From a candidate division WOR-3 bacterium (GTDB taxonomy: Bacteria > Hydrothermota > Tepidihabitantia > SM23-42 > JAOAFX01), in contig JBDRVV010000003.1 in the NCBI GenBank assembly GCA_039802005.1, positions 64,595 to 128,594 of the forward strand: 64,000 bases of DNA, given 5' to 3'. How positions within the stretch are numbered: the stretch's first letter is position 1; each line of letters begins with the position of its first letter. Positions 9,780-21,505 of the stretch are shown in pieces. Made by a program: the position numbers and the translations under genes. The notes under the pieces are model-generated. The model saw nothing but the letters and a program-made list of their open reading frames with translations. It searched no databases and was not told the origin of the DNA.

Positions 9780-10478
9780 CTACATTTTTTTCAAAATCAC
9801 CACCTCTCCATTTTGAAATGGTGCCTTTGCAACTATTTCGTATCTTGGTAGTCTACTCATCACATCATTCAATGTCCAATATTTTACATAAAAAGTGTGC
9901 TTCTTTGTTTCGCCCAAAAGGGCTCCTACGATAAATAGACCACCTTTAATCAATGAATTATCAACATTCATTAAAGTATTTTTAAGTTTTTTTTCACTGA
10001 CGATATGTTCTATTACATTCAGCATCAAAATAATATCAAACCTTTCATCCAAACCTTTTTTGGTAATATCGCAACAGACAAAACTATATGAAGGGAATTT
10101 TTGTTTTAAGATTGAAAACAAAGTGTCGGTAATATCCAATCCTGTATAATCAGCCACTCCCATTTCTGACATCAATTTTGTATAATAACCTGTTCCGCAG
10201 CCAATCTCGAGTACGCGTTTATCTTTGAGCATAATAGCATGATTTTTAAATAAATCTAATAGCGTCTTAACTGATTTTTCATACATTTCTATATTCTCTT
10301 GTTCGGTAAGATTAACATTCCCTGCTGCCTTTAATGACACACCATATCTTTTGAACCGTTCTGACCAGAATTTCTGTGCGTTATATCCGTCGCCTGCCTT
10401 GTATCTTAATGGCCCAATGATTTTGGTGTAAATCAATCCTTTCAAATCTTTTATCCAGGTGGCCTTCATACCTAACAT
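9780..10478 (-). CDS. Class I SAM-dependent methyltransferase
   Basis: Motif I VLEIGCGTGYYT; acidic motif II LDITD; typical Rossmann-fold MTase length. Confidence 0.6.
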   Translation of the reverse strand: MLGMKATWIKDLKGLIYTKIIGPLRYKAGDGYNAQKFWSERFKRYGVSLKAAGNVNLTEQENIEMYEKSVKTLLDLFKNHAIMLKDKRVLEIGCGTGYYTKLMSEMGVADYTGLDITDTLFSILKQKFPSYSFVCCDITKKGLDERFDIILMLNVIEHIVSEKKLKNTLMNVDNSLIKGGLFIVGALLGETKKHTFYVKYWTLNDVMSRLPRYEIVAKAPFQNGEVVILKKM

Positions 10479-10547
10479 TTCTTGTCATAGAAATTATAGA
10501 CATAAAAATATCTAAATCAAGAGTGTTATAATTTAAGGTCCTTGGAA

Positions 10548-11576
10548 CTAATCTCTATCTTCAAGCCTCTGGTCCCTGCGGAAATCCAATCTTAAATTTG
10601 AATCCCGATCAATTTTGCCGTCCTCATTTGGGAAAAAGTCTATGTGCACAATGGTATTTTCGTAAACCAATGCCGAGCCTTTCCCAGAATCCGCATTAAT
10701 CGTCAATAAATCACCTAAACCAGGCGTTCCTACTGAAACAAATTTTGCATCGTCAATTAAATCAATAAATTCTCTTACCTGTTCTTTTGTTACACTGCTC
10801 TTTTCGCCACTAATCGCATCCATAGCATAAGATTTTATCAACTTCTTCCAGAGTCTATTTAACAGGTTATTATTGGCAAAAAGGTCGAGACATATAATCT
10901 TGTCTCCTGTGGTAACAACAACACCAACTGTTGATTTAGATAGTTTAGGGATATTCCCGAATCCTTTAGTATAATCTTCAACCGTTTTCTGAACATCTTT
11001 ATCTTCGTAATTTGCCCGTACCGTCCCGGTTCCTGAAGAAATCCCAAGTTTATCCTGAGTCCGAGCAACCTCTGCCCAGACTTCGGTCTGACTTTCACTC
11101 AATTTTGCCCTCTGCCTCACTGTATTGGGCACAACCAACCCACTGCTTTCAAACTCTTTTGACACCTCCACCCATCTGCCGTGTTCCACACAATAAACCT
11201 CTACTTTTATCCAGCCGCTATTAGGTGGCAATAATATATCTGTCTTTATCATCCTATCTTGCTTGGCACCGATAATCATTTCGCCAGTAAGAATAAAGAC
11301 CGGTTCATCACCATTATTCTTTATCTCCACCTGATTTACATTACCCGAGCCAACTTCTCTAATCTTAAGCCAACCTTTGTCCATTGCCTCATCAAGGGTT
11401 ATAAAATCTTTGGCTCCTATATTCATCGCCATTTCCAGTGGATAAATTTTTAGTTTTTTGTATTCAACAGGCACGCCGATTTTGAGACGGTTCATATAAT
11501 CTTCCACTACCAGCTCTGGTTTTTTTGCAAAAAGCATCATAATGGATGCAAAAAGAATCAAAAGTCCTTTTTTCAT
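10548..11576 (-). CDS. Hypothetical secreted protein
   Basis: N-terminal signal peptide MKKGLLILFASIMMLFA. No recognisable catalytic motifs. Confidence 0.4.
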   Translation of the reverse strand: MKKGLLILFASIMMLFAKKPELVVEDYMNRLKIGVPVEYKKLKIYPLEMAMNIGAKDFITLDEAMDKGWLKIREVGSGNVNQVEIKNNGDEPVFILTGEMIIGAKQDRMIKTDILLPPNSGWIKVEVYCVEHGRWVEVSKEFESSGLVVPNTVRQRAKLSESQTEVWAEVARTQDKLGISSGTGTVRANYEDKDVQKTVEDYTKGFGNIPKLSKSTVGVVVTTGDKIICLDLFANNNLLNRLWKKLIKSYAMDAISGEKSSVTKEQVREFIDLIDDAKFVSVGTPGLGDLLTINADSGKGSALVYENTIVHIDFFPNEDGKIDRDSNLRLDFRRDQRLEDRD

Positions 11577-11647
11577 TTTGACCTCCTCTATATTTCATTA
11601 CAATATTTTGACTAAAATATTCCATACCAAATGATGGATATCCGACC

Positions 11648-11675
11648 TTGACATCAGGAATTTTACTTTTATAAT
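11648..11675 (+). promoter_or_regulatory. Sigma-70-type promoter TTGACA-N16-TATAAT for the 11694 gene
   Basis: TTGACA at 11648-11653 and TATAAT at 11670-11675. RBS aggagg at 11684-11689, ATG at 11694. Confidence 0.4.
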
Positions 11676-11693
11676 ACGATATCAGGAGGCGTT

Positions 11694-14498
11694 ATGAAAA
11701 TTCGCTTCGTTTTCTTATTAATAATGATAGAGATAGTTAATGCCCAGTATGTCACACCAAAGCAAGGCTGGTTTAATTTTACAACACCATATCCTGATAC
11801 GATTAACAATATAACACATATTGGCAAATTCATACTCCAACCACCAGCAGGAATTAACGGACGGGTTATTGTCCAATCCGATGGACATCTATATTTTGCC
11901 AATGGGCAGAGGGCAAAATTTTTTGGAACAAACCTCTGTTTTTCAGCAACCTATCCCTCGCAGACCACTGCCTTGAATGTTACACCGCATATCGCCAAAC
12001 AAGGCTTTAATCTGGTGCGCTACCATCACATTGATGGTGCATTAACGAGTGCACCAGGCTCAAATACAACAAGGAGATTGAATCACGAAGTATTGGATAA
12101 ATTTGATTATTTATTTTACCAATTAAAGCAGAAAGGAATTTATTCTGCAATTGATCTCTATAGCATAAGATATTTCAAATCTGGGGATGGAATCCCTTAT
12201 TACGACAGTGTCAACCGCTCAATGGATATCGTAAAAAGGGTTTATATGTTCTACGAACCTGCATATGCACTTTTTCGCGATTACCCTGATAGTCTGCTAA
12301 ATCACATAAATCCCTATACAGGAACTGCCTACAAGAATGACCCTGCATTGGTCTTCATTAATCCAATGAATGAAGGAACTTTGATCGACCATTATTTCTG
12401 GGATAATTGGGATAATATCCAGTCAAATTATTATCTGCCAAGATTCTATAAAAACGAACTACAGAATCAATGGAATGACTGGTTATATTATAGATATCAT
12501 TGGGATTCAACCCTTATAAGAATTTGGTCGGGCGGTGATACTACCACAGGTCCCAATAAGATAATCAACGGTGAATTTTCTGACACCCTGAATGGTGTCC
12601 CAAGATTTTGGTGGCTTAACCAATTCAGTGGTAATTCTACCTGGGGTGTGCAGAATGCAGGATTGAGCCTTGAACCCGCAGTCTTTGTACATATCTATTC
12701 ACCCGGACAATACTCCTGGCATATCCAGTTATTGCAATCAGGATTTACAATCAATACGGATTCCACCTATCGCTTAAGTTTCAAAGCAAAATCAAGCAGA
12801 AACAGGAGTATGGATATCGTCATACAAAGAAACAAGACACCCTGGACTGTTTATTATTCAACAACGATCAACCTCACAACGAGTGGACAGAGTTTTGTCT
12901 TACCATTTTATTCAGGGACATCAGACTCCGTCCAGTTAACATTTAATCTCGGACTTGATACCGGAAGGGTTTGGATTGATGATGTTCAATTGCGTCGTGC
13001 GCCATTTTCAAAAGTTCTGGACCCCGGTGAAAGCCTTGCCACGAGGACAATCAAACTTGTGCGTTGGAGCAATCGTTATGATTATAGTCCTTACCGTTAT
13101 TTTGACCAAATACGATTTTTCTATGAAAAAGAGACAAGATTTTATCAGCGTATTTCAGCCCTTTTGAATGACACATTGCATTGTCAGTCCCTTATCACCT
13201 CTTCCTTTTTCTGGGCAAACCAGCTCCATCAGTACGCCTGGGCAAATTTGGTGCCGGTGATGGACGCCCATCCATATTTTGATCATCCTGATTTTCCCAA
13301 TCAACCCTGGGATACCCTTGATTTCAGAATTACAAACGCCTATTTTGGAGAAGGCAGCAATGGAGAATGGTTCTTCACCTATATGAACCAGTGCGCTGCG
13401 GCGCAGAAACCAATGATAATAACCGAATGGCAACATCCTGCACCCTGCGAATCAAGATATGTCACACTACTGCCGTTCGCCAGTTATGCCGGATTAAGAG
13501 ATTATGATGCAATCATAAATTTTGCTTTTGCCCATTCTGAAGGCAGTTTCTCAAATAATAGGATAAGGGCTTTTTTTGATGCAGCAGGACAACCAATACA
13601 CTTTGCTTTTTTAAGAATAGCGGCACTGGCTTTTTTAAGGGATTTACAACCCGAAGACCTGGTAAGAACACCCTGGACGAGTTTCAATCTTGACCAGATA
13701 ATTAGAGATATTTATGCGGGGAACCACTGGAGCCAGGCAATACCGAGTTCACCAAGGGACCGGATCTTTAATCAGTTCCATTGGAATTCGCAGAAGGGTA
13801 TATTCAAAATTAATACAACGGGAACAAAAGGCTTTTGCGGTAGGACTGCCGGTGATACAGTAATTTTAGGCGGGATAAAAGTAATCGGCAATACCGACGG
13901 TATAATTGCATTTACAAAGATTGACAGCACCGCGGGGCAGAAGTCTTTTCTTGTCGCATCCCTTGCCCGAACCGAAAATACTAATATGGTCTGGGTTGAA
14001 CAGACCAAGACCCAAGGGATGTTGAACTGGGGAACTGCGCCCTGTCAGGTTGAAAGCGTCTCTTATTTTACCCAGTGGCATGCAGATTCATTACTTATCA
14101 GAAAATTAAGTCCTTCAGGAGATATAATAAACTCGACCAAAATAATCGGTTCAAACCATATCACGAACTGGCTTGTCAGAACCGGTATTGATTCTGTCTT
14201 CTGGTATTGTGTTACCGCCCATGGCTATTCTGATACGCTTGTTGGAATTCTGGATATAAAAGCAGTGGATAACAAAAAAATAGAAATTGCAACCATTCAT
14301 AAATCATTATTATTAAAAGACCTACCTGATAATACAGAACTTAAATTGTATTCAATAGACGGGCGACTGATATACCATCAAAAATTTGTTCAATCTCCAA
14401 AAAGGTTGGTTGTTAAAAATCTTCCAAGCGCAGTGTATTTCTACTTGCTAAAAAACAAAAATCTTGAGCAGAAAGGAAAGATAATTATTATTGATTAG
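11694..14498 (+). CDS. Secreted putative glycoside hydrolase (TIM-barrel-like N-domain) with CBM4/9-like module and T9SS-like CTD
   Basis: Signal peptide. N-terminal region FFGTNLCF...GFNLVRYHHIDG resembles GH5/GH-like barrels. Middle block IINGEFSD...RLSFKAKSS resembles CBM_4_9. C-terminus KLYSIDGRLIY...LPSAVYFYLL. Family assignment is weak. Confidence 0.45.
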   Translation: MKIRFVFLLIMIEIVNAQYVTPKQGWFNFTTPYPDTINNITHIGKFILQPPAGINGRVIVQSDGHLYFANGQRAKFFGTNLCFSATYPSQTTALNVTPHIAKQGFNLVRYHHIDGALTSAPGSNTTRRLNHEVLDKFDYLFYQLKQKGIYSAIDLYSIRYFKSGDGIPYYDSVNRSMDIVKRVYMFYEPAYALFRDYPDSLLNHINPYTGTAYKNDPALVFINPMNEGTLIDHYFWDNWDNIQSNYYLPRFYKNELQNQWNDWLYYRYHWDSTLIRIWSGGDTTTGPNKIINGEFSDTLNGVPRFWWLNQFSGNSTWGVQNAGLSLEPAVFVHIYSPGQYSWHIQLLQSGFTINTDSTYRLSFKAKSSRNRSMDIVIQRNKTPWTVYYSTTINLTTSGQSFVLPFYSGTSDSVQLTFNLGLDTGRVWIDDVQLRRAPFSKVLDPGESLATRTIKLVRWSNRYDYSPYRYFDQIRFFYEKETRFYQRISALLNDTLHCQSLITSSFFWANQLHQYAWANLVPVMDAHPYFDHPDFPNQPWDTLDFRITNAYFGEGSNGEWFFTYMNQCAAAQKPMIITEWQHPAPCESRYVTLLPFASYAGLRDYDAIINFAFAHSEGSFSNNRIRAFFDAAGQPIHFAFLRIAALAFLRDLQPEDLVRTPWTSFNLDQIIRDIYAGNHWSQAIPSSPRDRIFNQFHWNSQKGIFKINTTGTKGFCGRTAGDTVILGGIKVIGNTDGIIAFTKIDSTAGQKSFLVASLARTENTNMVWVEQTKTQGMLNWGTAPCQVESVSYFTQWHADSLLIRKLSPSGDIINSTKIIGSNHITNWLVRTGIDSVFWYCVTAHGYSDTLVGILDIKAVDNKKIEIATIHKSLLLKDLPDNTELKLYSIDGRLIYHQKFVQSPKRLVVKNLPSAVYFYLLKNKNLEQKGKIIIID

Positions 14499-16087
14499 CG
14501 AATCAAAATTGCCCTGCGGACTATCGTCATATTATCCTTCGTAAAGCCAATAAAATAAACACCAGCGGGTAAATAATTACCTGTGTCATCAGTTCCATCC
14601 CATATCACATTTTTATTATCAACAGACAAATTCCTAACAACCTGTCCAAGAGCATTGTAAACCTTTATCTTCTGCATAATTCCATTTTGATTTTGAATTA
14701 CAAACCGCCTTCCTATTGTGGGTGAAAGTAAAATATTATCAACGGCAATCCCTTTCTGTTCTTTGATTCCCACAATATGAACCGGAACCGCAAGTTTGGC
14801 TAGTGCGGCCACCCCGGTCTTTATCACCTTGGTCGCAAAAGGCAGATGATTGACCCCACAATTAGTATAAAGATGTGGTCCCAGTGTATCACCGGTCGTA
14901 TGATACGCAGGTGTCAGCTGCCTTTCAATCCCGAGCATCGCCTTATAGCCACGTTTCCAGAAACTTGCATGATCAGAAGAACCACTTGTTCCGGTGTTGC
15001 GGACCATTCTTATTTTCAACTGGGTGTAGGTATCAGCAACCGCCTTATAGAATTGAGTCACAAATACACTGCAACCTGGCACAGCAGTTGTATAATGGGC
15101 ATTCATTGTATCCCGATTGGGATTTGAAGGCGTCACATAACCGATCATATCATAATTGATTACCCCTAAGATTGTATCACCATTTCGCCAGGCGCGTGTT
15201 GCAAAGGAGTCGCTACCATATAAACCCAATTCTTCCGCATTGAATGCTACATAATATATCGTATTTTCAAATAAATAATTTCTCATCACCCTTGCCGCCT
15301 CAATCATTGCAACCGTACCTGATGCATTATCATCCGCCCCTGGTGCATAACCACTTGACGGGACATCATCCATATGTCCACCAATCAAACAGTATCTTTT
15401 AATAGTAGGATATAGATAACCCTTTTTTATTCCTACTACATTCGGTCCATAGTTATTGTTAAAATACTGAAAATATACACTGTCACAACCATAACTCAGT
15501 AATTTATTTCTAATCCAGTTAACGGCAACAATCTTATTGGAATCAGTGGTTGTATACCTTGTATACATTCTCTGCATCCTTAAGATTGATGCCTGAATCG
15601 TATCCTGTGATACTGCCGCAACCATTTTTTGTATAAGGGTATCGGGTGCAAGATTATTTAGATTCAATGGATAAGGGTCTTCATTAAGAAATCTAACTGG
15701 ATCAAATGTCAATCTCCTCAGTTCAACCCTGAGTTTATTCAATTCTATGACTTTCTCTTCAACTGTGCGCAAAAGTAAACAATCTTCATACTGGTCAATA
15801 ATATCTCCATATTGAGCAACTACCGCAGGGTCTTCACCCCAGAGATAAACAATCTGATAGTATTTATCTCTTGGATTCTCGTCAAGCAAATTATATTCAA
15901 CACCCTTGTTCTGGAGTTTGATTAAATCATTGTCAGTTGCAATAATTATTGCATGATTTTCTATCAATTCAACAATATGAAAATCTCTGTCACTCAGATT
16001 ATCCACACGAACAAGGTATTCATTTGCAAAAAGAATACCCGTGAACAAGGAAAGCACAATATTCACCGATATAAAATATTTATTCAT
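14495..16087 (-). CDS. M28 family zinc aminopeptidase with T9SS CTD
   Basis: GGHMDDV, ADDNASG and NAEELGLYGS blocks supply the M28 metal ligands. CTD IKVYNALGQVV...LPAGVYFIGF. Confidence 0.7.
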   Translation of the reverse strand: MNKYFISVNIVLSLFTGILFANEYLVRVDNLSDRDFHIVELIENHAIIIATDNDLIKLQNKGVEYNLLDENPRDKYYQIVYLWGEDPAVVAQYGDIIDQYEDCLLLRTVEEKVIELNKLRVELRRLTFDPVRFLNEDPYPLNLNNLAPDTLIQKMVAAVSQDTIQASILRMQRMYTRYTTTDSNKIVAVNWIRNKLLSYGCDSVYFQYFNNNYGPNVVGIKKGYLYPTIKRYCLIGGHMDDVPSSGYAPGADDNASGTVAMIEAARVMRNYLFENTIYYVAFNAEELGLYGSDSFATRAWRNGDTILGVINYDMIGYVTPSNPNRDTMNAHYTTAVPGCSVFVTQFYKAVADTYTQLKIRMVRNTGTSGSSDHASFWKRGYKAMLGIERQLTPAYHTTGDTLGPHLYTNCGVNHLPFATKVIKTGVAALAKLAVPVHIVGIKEQKGIAVDNILLSPTIGRRFVIQNQNGIMQKIKVYNALGQVVRNLSVDNKNVIWDGTDDTGNYLPAGVYFIGFTKDNMTIVRRAILIR

Positions 16088-16173
16088 TTTTTTCTCCTTT
16101 TTCCCTTTATAATTATAATTAATCTATAATTTAAGTCAATAGTTTATTCTTTCCGTATTTGTTCATTTAGTTA

Positions 16174-16201
16174 TTGACAAAATTTAGATTTTGAATATAA
16201 T
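16174..16201 (+). promoter_or_regulatory. Consensus sigma-70 promoter (TTGACA-N16-TATAAT) upstream of tRNA-Thr, tuf and the S10 operon
   Basis: TTGACA 16174-16179, TATAAT 16196-16201; tRNA starts at 16246. Confidence 0.5.
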
Positions 16202-16245
16202 TAAAGTCTATATCTTTTGAATAATAAAAATGCATCCGGCAGAAT

Positions 16246-16319
16246 GCCTGGATAGCTCAGTCGGTTAGAGCACCTCCTTGGTAAGGAGGAGGTCGCCGGT
16301 TCGATTCCGGCTCCAGGCT
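16246..16319 (+). tRNA. tRNA-Thr (anticodon GGU)
   Basis: Cloverleaf: acceptor GCCTGGA/TCCAGGC, anticodon stem CCTCC/GGAGG with loop TTGGTAA, T-arm GGTTCGATTCC. Located immediately upstream of tuf, as for thrT-tufB. Confidence 0.85.
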
Positions 16320-16367
16320 GGTAAAAGGGGTGCAAAAAGAAAGGAGAAAAGTTAAGGAGGATTTTTT

Positions 16368-17579
16368 ATGGCAAAGGCAAAGTTTGAGCGAACCAAGCCG
16401 CATGTGAATATCGGGACGATCGGTCATGTTGACCATGGCAAGACGGCATTGACTGCGGCAATAACCAAGGCCCTGGAGAAGAAAGGGCTGGCGAAGTATG
16501 TGAGTTATGATGAGGTGGCGAAGGCTTCTGAGGCACAGGGGCGGCGTGATGCGACGAAGATTTTGACGATTGCGATTTCGCATGTGGAGTATGAGACGGA
16601 GAAGCGGCATTATGCCCATATTGATTGTCCGGGTCATGCGGATTATATCAAGAATATGATTACGGGTGCGGCGCAGATGGATGGTGCGATATTGGTGGTG
16701 AGTGCGGTGGATGGTCCGATGCCTCAGACTCGAGAGCATATTTTGCTTGCCCGTCAGGTGAATGTGCCGGCGATTGTGGTGTTTATCAATAAGGTGGATG
16801 CGGTGGCGGATCCGGAGATTTTGGATTTAGTGGAGTTAGAGGTGCGGGAGTTGTTGACGAAGTATAATTTTCCGGGTGATGAGACGCCGGTGATTCGGGG
16901 TAGTGCGTTGAAGGCGATGCAGGCGACGGGTGGTGTGGAAGATCCGGCTTATAAGTGTATTTGGGATTTATTGGATGCGGTGGATCGGTTTATTCCGACT
17001 CCGGTGCGGGATGTGGACAAGCCGTTTTTGTTAGCGATTGAGGATATATTTTCGATTACGGGTCGTGGGACGGTGGTGACGGGTCGTGTGGAGCGTGGTA
17101 AGTTATTGCCGGGTGAGGAGGTTGAGATTGTGGGTTTTGGTAAGCAGTTTAAGACGGTGGCGACTTCTTTAGAGATGTTTCGTAAGACATTGGATAGTGC
17201 GGAGGCTGGGGATAATGTTGGGATATTATTGCGGGGTGTGGGTAAGGATGAGGTTTATCGTGGGATGGTGGTGAGTAAGCCGGGTTCGATCAATCCGCAT
17301 CATCGGTTTAAGGCAGAGGTTTATGTGTTGAAGAAAGAAGAGGGTGGTCGTCATACGCCGTTTTTCAATGGTTATCGGCCGCAGTTTTATATGCGGACGA
17401 CGGATGTGACGGGTGTGGTTAAGTTGCCTGAGGGTGTGGAGATGGTGATGCCTGGTGACAATGCGAATTTAGAGGTGGAGTTGATTTCGCCGGTGGCGAT
17501 TGAGCAGGGTTTGCGTTTTGCGATTCGTGAGGGTGGTAAGACGGTCGGTGCTGGTGTGGTAACACAGATAATTGAATAA
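16368..17579 (+). CDS. tuf: Elongation factor Tu
   Basis: [28 protein letters not shown]..., with DCPGHADY and NKVD motifs. RBS aaggagg precedes the start. Confidence 0.97.
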   Translation: MAKAKFERTKPHVNIGTIGHVDHGKTALTAAITKALEKKGLAKYVSYDEVAKASEAQGRRDATKILTIAISHVEYETEKRHYAHIDCPGHADYIKNMITGAAQMDGAILVVSAVDGPMPQTREHILLARQVNVPAIVVFINKVDAVADPEILDLVELEVRELLTKYNFPGDETPVIRGSALKAMQATGGVEDPAYKCIWDLLDAVDRFIPTPVRDVDKPFLLAIEDIFSITGRGTVVTGRVERGKLLPGEEVEIVGFGKQFKTVATSLEMFRKTLDSAEAGDNVGILLRGVGKDEVYRGMVVSKPGSINPHHRFKAEVYVLKKEEGGRHTPFFNGYRPQFYMRTTDVTGVVKLPEGVEMVMPGDNANLEVELISPVAIEQGLRFAIREGGKTVGAGVVTQIIE

Positions 17580-17588
17580 GGTTGAATA

Positions 17589-17894
17589 ATGAATAAATTA
17601 AGAATAAGATTAAAATCTTATGACCATAGAATTCTCGACCAGTCTGTGAAATCCATTGTGGAGACTGTGAAAAGATTTGGCATAAAGATATCAGGCCCTG
17701 TTCCCCTCCCTACTGAACGTTCATTATATACCGTGCTTCGCTCACCGCATGTTGATAAAAAATCAAGGGAACAATTTGAATTGAGAATTCACAAGCGTCT
17801 GATTGAATTGAACGATGTGACTCCTGATATCATTGATGCCCTTAACAAACTTGAAATTCCGGCTGGAGTTTATGTAGAGGTAAAGGCAATATGA
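17589..17894 (+). CDS. rpsJ: 30S ribosomal protein S10
   Basis: [19 protein letters not shown]...; conserved position after tuf. Confidence 0.95.
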   Translation: MNKLRIRLKSYDHRILDQSVKSIVETVKRFGIKISGPVPLPTERSLYTVLRSPHVDKKSREQFELRIHKRLIELNDVTPDIIDALNKLEIPAGVYVEVKAI

Positions 17895-18502
17895 TTGGAT
17901 TGATAGGCAAAAAGATATGTATGTCTCAAGTTTTTACTGAGGATGGGAAACTCATAGCAGTCACAAAGGTCGAGGCAGGACCCTGTCCTATTGTTCAGGT
18001 AAAAGATGAAAAGAAAGATGGTTATAAGGCAATACAGATTGCATTTGGGACTAAAAAGAAAGTAAACAAACCGCTTCTTGGACATCTGAAAAAGGCAAAT
18101 TTAAAATCCGCAAAGTGGCTTGCTGAATTCAAGACAGAGAATATTGAAAAATACAAACCTGGTGATGTTATTGATTCTAAAATATTTTCGGTGGGTGATA
18201 AAATAAAAGTGACAGGTTTCACAAAAGGACGGGGATTCTCCGGTGGAATGAAGAGATGGGGATGGAAAGGCGGACCTGCATCCCACGGTTCAATGTCACA
18301 CAGAAGGATTGGCTCTGCTGGACATGGACATTCTGATCCAGGTAGGATACTCAAAGGTAAAACAATGCCCGGGCATTATGGAAACGAACGCGTCTCAATT
18401 AAAAATCTCAAGATTGTAAAGATTGAAAACAACATAATCTATTTGCACGGAGCAGTGCCGGGTCCAAAGAACGGTATATTATTATTGAGCAAGGAAGAAT
18501 AG
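17891..18502 (+). CDS. rplC: 50S ribosomal protein L3
   Basis: [31 protein letters not shown]...; position in the S10 operon. Confidence 0.95.
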   Translation: MIGLIGKKICMSQVFTEDGKLIAVTKVEAGPCPIVQVKDEKKDGYKAIQIAFGTKKKVNKPLLGHLKKANLKSAKWLAEFKTENIEKYKPGDVIDSKIFSVGDKIKVTGFTKGRGFSGGMKRWGWKGGPASHGSMSHRRIGSAGHGHSDPGRILKGKTMPGHYGNERVSIKNLKIVKIENNIIYLHGAVPGPKNGILLLSKEE

Positions 18503-18504
18503 TT

Positions 18505-19137
18505 ATGGACACAAAATTATTTAATCAGAATGGTGAAGAGGTTGGCAAGATAGAATTACCAAAAAAGGTCTTTGGTGCCAAAATCAACAAAACATTGTTA
18601 TGGGAAGCACTCACAATTATATTAAACAACCAGCGGAGCGGCACCGCCAAGACAAAGACACGTGCCGAAGTCAGGGGTGGTGGCAGAAAACCATGGCGTC
18701 AGAAAGGCACAGGATTGGCAAGGCATGGTAGTATTCGTTCTCCAATCTGGCGTAAGGGCGGTGTTGTATTCGGTCCTAAGCCAAGAGATTATTACAAAAA
18801 AATGCCCCAACAGAAAAAAATTAAAGCACTTCTTTCAGCCCTCAGTGTCGCAGCCCAGGAAGATAGAATACGCATAATTGAGGATATGAACATTGAAAAA
18901 CCGAGAACTAAAGTTATTAATGAGTTGTTAAAGAAAATAAATATAGTTGGTTCCAAGATTCTTATCAGCCCTGATAAGATTAACAAAAATCTTCTGCTAT
19001 CAGTTAGAAATATACCAAAAATAAATTTAAAACGCTCAATAGACATAAATTGTTATGATGTGCTATGGGCTGATTATATATTATTCACAAAAAACGGTTT
19101 ATCCGAACTGGAGAAAAGATGCGACCAGATCAAATAA
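18505..19137 (+). CDS. rplD: 50S ribosomal protein L4
   Basis: Operon position and L4-like sequence (RSGTAKTKTRAEVRGGGRKPWRQKGTGLAR). Confidence 0.9.
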   Translation: MDTKLFNQNGEEVGKIELPKKVFGAKINKTLLWEALTIILNNQRSGTAKTKTRAEVRGGGRKPWRQKGTGLARHGSIRSPIWRKGGVVFGPKPRDYYKKMPQQKKIKALLSALSVAAQEDRIRIIEDMNIEKPRTKVINELLKKINIVGSKILISPDKINKNLLLSVRNIPKINLKRSIDINCYDVLWADYILFTKNGLSELEKRCDQIK

Positions 19138-19403
19138 TTATCAGACCAATAATTACAGAAAAGGCAGACCGTCTCAGGGAACTAAATTGCTATCAATTTT
19201 TAGTTTCAAAGAAGGCGAATAAACAGATGATTAAGGAGTCAATAGAAAAATTATTTGGTGTAAATGTTTTGGAAGTACATACCGCAAACTTCCGTGGTAA
19301 ACTGCGCAGACTCGGACGGTCAGAAGGTTATCGTCCTGGTTATAAAAAAGCATCGGTGTGGATTAAACCGGGACAGAAGATTGAAATAGTAGAAGGTGTA
19401 TGA
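19119..19403 (+). CDS. rplW: 50S ribosomal protein L23
   Basis: [10 protein letters not shown]...; operon position. Confidence 0.9.
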   Translation: MRPDQIIIRPIITEKADRLRELNCYQFLVSKKANKQMIKESIEKLFGVNVLEVHTANFRGKLRRLGRSEGYRPGYKKASVWIKPGQKIEIVEGV

Positions 19404-20224
19404 TGGGTATAAAAGTATATCGTCCTTTAACACCGGGTCGCCGTTTTTATACGGTAAATGTTCCACCAATTACAAAAACTGAACCGGAAAAGAAACTCGT
19501 TATATCTGAAAAGAAGACCGGCGGTAGAAACAACCTGGGGAGAGTTACCGCACGCCATCGTGGTGGTGGGCACCACAAGAAAATAAGGATCGTGGACTTC
19601 AAAAGAGACAAAGACAACATTCCGGCTGTAGTAAGTGCTATTGAATACGACCCGAATCGCAGTGCATACATTGCCCTGCTTACATATAAAGACGGTGAAA
19701 AAAGATATATAATATGTCCGGAAGGATTGAATGTAGGTGAAACAGTAATTTCGGGCGAGGATGTGCCAATAAAAATTGGAAACTGTCTGCCTTTGAGTAA
19801 TATCCCATTGGGTGTGGAAATTCACAATGTTGAAATTTCGCCAAAAAAAGGCGGCGAGCTCGTTCGCAGTGCAGGACTTTCCTGTCAGATTATGGCAAAA
19901 GAAGGAAAGTATGCCCATATCAAACTTCCCTCAGGTGAAGTAAGGTTAGTGGATTTGCGCTGTCGGGCAACCATCGGTAAGGTATCAAATGCTTTGCATT
20001 CAAGTGTATCAATTGGTAAGGCAGGAAGAACAAGGCATATGGGTATCAGACCCTATGTGCGTGGCGTAGCTATGAATCCAATTGACCATCCATTAGGCGG
20101 TGGTGAAGGAAGGGCACACGGTGGCAGGCATCCAACATCACCCTGGGGTTGGTTGACAAAAGGCAAGAAAACAAGAAAAAAGAAAAAGGCTTCAGATAAA
20201 TTTATCGTAAAAAGGAGAAAGTGA
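19400..20224 (+). CDS. rplB: 50S ribosomal protein L2
   Basis: [13 protein letters not shown]..., [19 protein letters not shown], and a basic C-terminal tail. Confidence 0.95.
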   Translation: MMGIKVYRPLTPGRRFYTVNVPPITKTEPEKKLVISEKKTGGRNNLGRVTARHRGGGHHKKIRIVDFKRDKDNIPAVVSAIEYDPNRSAYIALLTYKDGEKRYIICPEGLNVGETVISGEDVPIKIGNCLPLSNIPLGVEIHNVEISPKKGGELVRSAGLSCQIMAKEGKYAHIKLPSGEVRLVDLRCRATIGKVSNALHSSVSIGKAGRTRHMGIRPYVRGVAMNPIDHPLGGGEGRAHGGRHPTSPWGWLTKGKKTRKKKKASDKFIVKRRK

Positions 20225-20517
20225 TGTCTCGTTCCTTGAAAAAAGGTCCTTATATAGACCAGAAACTTCTGAAAAAAATAATGCACCTTATCGAAACTAA
20301 AGAAAAGAAAGTGATTAAAACCTGGGCAAGGAATTCTACTATTCCGCCTGAATTTGTCGGCTTTACAATTGCGGTTCACAATGGCAATCGTTTTATTCCA
20401 GTATATATCACAGAAAGAATGGTTGGGCACAAACTCGGCGAGTTTGCACCAACAAGAACATTCCGTGCTCATTCCGGGACAAGAAAAGCCGAGAAAGAAA
20501 GAGAGTCAGAAAAATGA
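20221..20517 (+). CDS. rpsS: 30S ribosomal protein S19
   Basis: [18 protein letters not shown]...[13 protein letters not shown]. Confidence 0.95.
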   Translation: MMSRSLKKGPYIDQKLLKKIMHLIETKEKKVIKTWARNSTIPPEFVGFTIAVHNGNRFIPVYITERMVGHKLGEFAPTRTFRAHSGTRKAEKERESEK

Positions 20518-20882
20518 TGACACGTGCAGTTAAAAGATACGAAAGGGCATCACCTTTAAAGGTAAGGAAGATTCTAAGAGAGATTAAAGGTAAACCTGTT
20601 CCACAGGCACGGGCAATATTGACACTGCATCATTCGCGGACAAAAATACCTATTTTGAAAACGCTTAATTCAGCGGTCGCAAATTTAAAGAATAAAGTTG
20701 GTTCAGTAAGAGTTGAAGATAATGACCTATATGTAAAAGAAGCCATTGCCAATGAAGGTCCACGGTTTAAACGTCTTCGCCCCGGTTTCAGGGGTAGTCC
20801 TTCAATAATTAAAAGACCAACCTGTCATATCACAATTATTGTTGATTCTTACAAACCAATACAATCAAAGAAAGGAGAATAA
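20514..20882 (+). CDS. rplV: 50S ribosomal protein L22
   Basis: Operon position and L22-like sequence. Confidence 0.9.
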   Translation: MMTRAVKRYERASPLKVRKILREIKGKPVPQARAILTLHHSRTKIPILKTLNSAVANLKNKVGSVRVEDNDLYVKEAIANEGPRFKRLRPGFRGSPSIIKRPTCHITIIVDSYKPIQSKKGE

Positions 20883-21505
20883 TGGGTCAAAAAACACATC
20901 CTATAGGCTTCCGTCTCGGTGTAACAAAAGATTGGAAATCAAAATGGTTTGATGAAACTTCATATGCAAAATTGGTTATAGAAGATTTTAATATCCGTCG
21001 CTATTTAAATAAGCGGCTTGCAGACTGTATGGTCTCTAATATAGTAATAAAACGAGTATCAAACAAAGTAATTATCACAATCTATACTGCCCAGCCCGGT
21101 AAAATCATTGGCAAGGGTGGTGAGGAGATCAAAAAACTCCATGAAGAAATTAAAAGTCTTATAAAGAGTGAAGTTTCAATCAACATAGAAGAAGTAAGAA
21201 TTCCTGAGCTTGATGCCAATCTTGTTGCCCAGAATATAGCCCGACAGATCGAACAAAGGATTTCACATCGCAGGGCAATGAAACGATCGGTAATCTCAGC
21301 AATGAAGATTGGTGCAAAAGGAATTAAAGTAAGTTGTGGGGGCAGGCTTGGCGGTGCTGAGATTGCCCGGAGTGAATGGTATCGTGAAGGTCGTGTTCCC
21401 TTACAAACGATTAAGGCAGATATAGATTTTGCTCGTGCTACAGCATTCACAATTTATGGAACAGTTGGTGTAAAGGTCTGGATATATAGAGGAGATGCGC
21501 AATAA
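20882..21505 (+). CDS. rpsC: 30S ribosomal protein S3
   Basis: [23 protein letters not shown]... Confidence 0.95.
   Translation: MGQKTHPIGFRLGVTKDWKSKWFDETSYAKLVIEDFNIRRYLNKRLADCMVSNIVIKRVSNKVIITIYTAQPGKIIGKGGEEIKKLHEEIKSLIKSEVSINIEEVRIPELDANLVAQNIARQIEQRISHRRAMKRSVISAMKIGAKGIKVSCGGRLGGAEIARSEWYREGRVPLQTIKADIDFARATAFTIYGTVGVKVWIYRGDAQ

Noticed and set aside
16257-16739. 160-aa minus-strand ORF
   Set aside because: Antisense to tuf and to tRNA-Thr; low-complexity Arg/His-rich translation; spurious.
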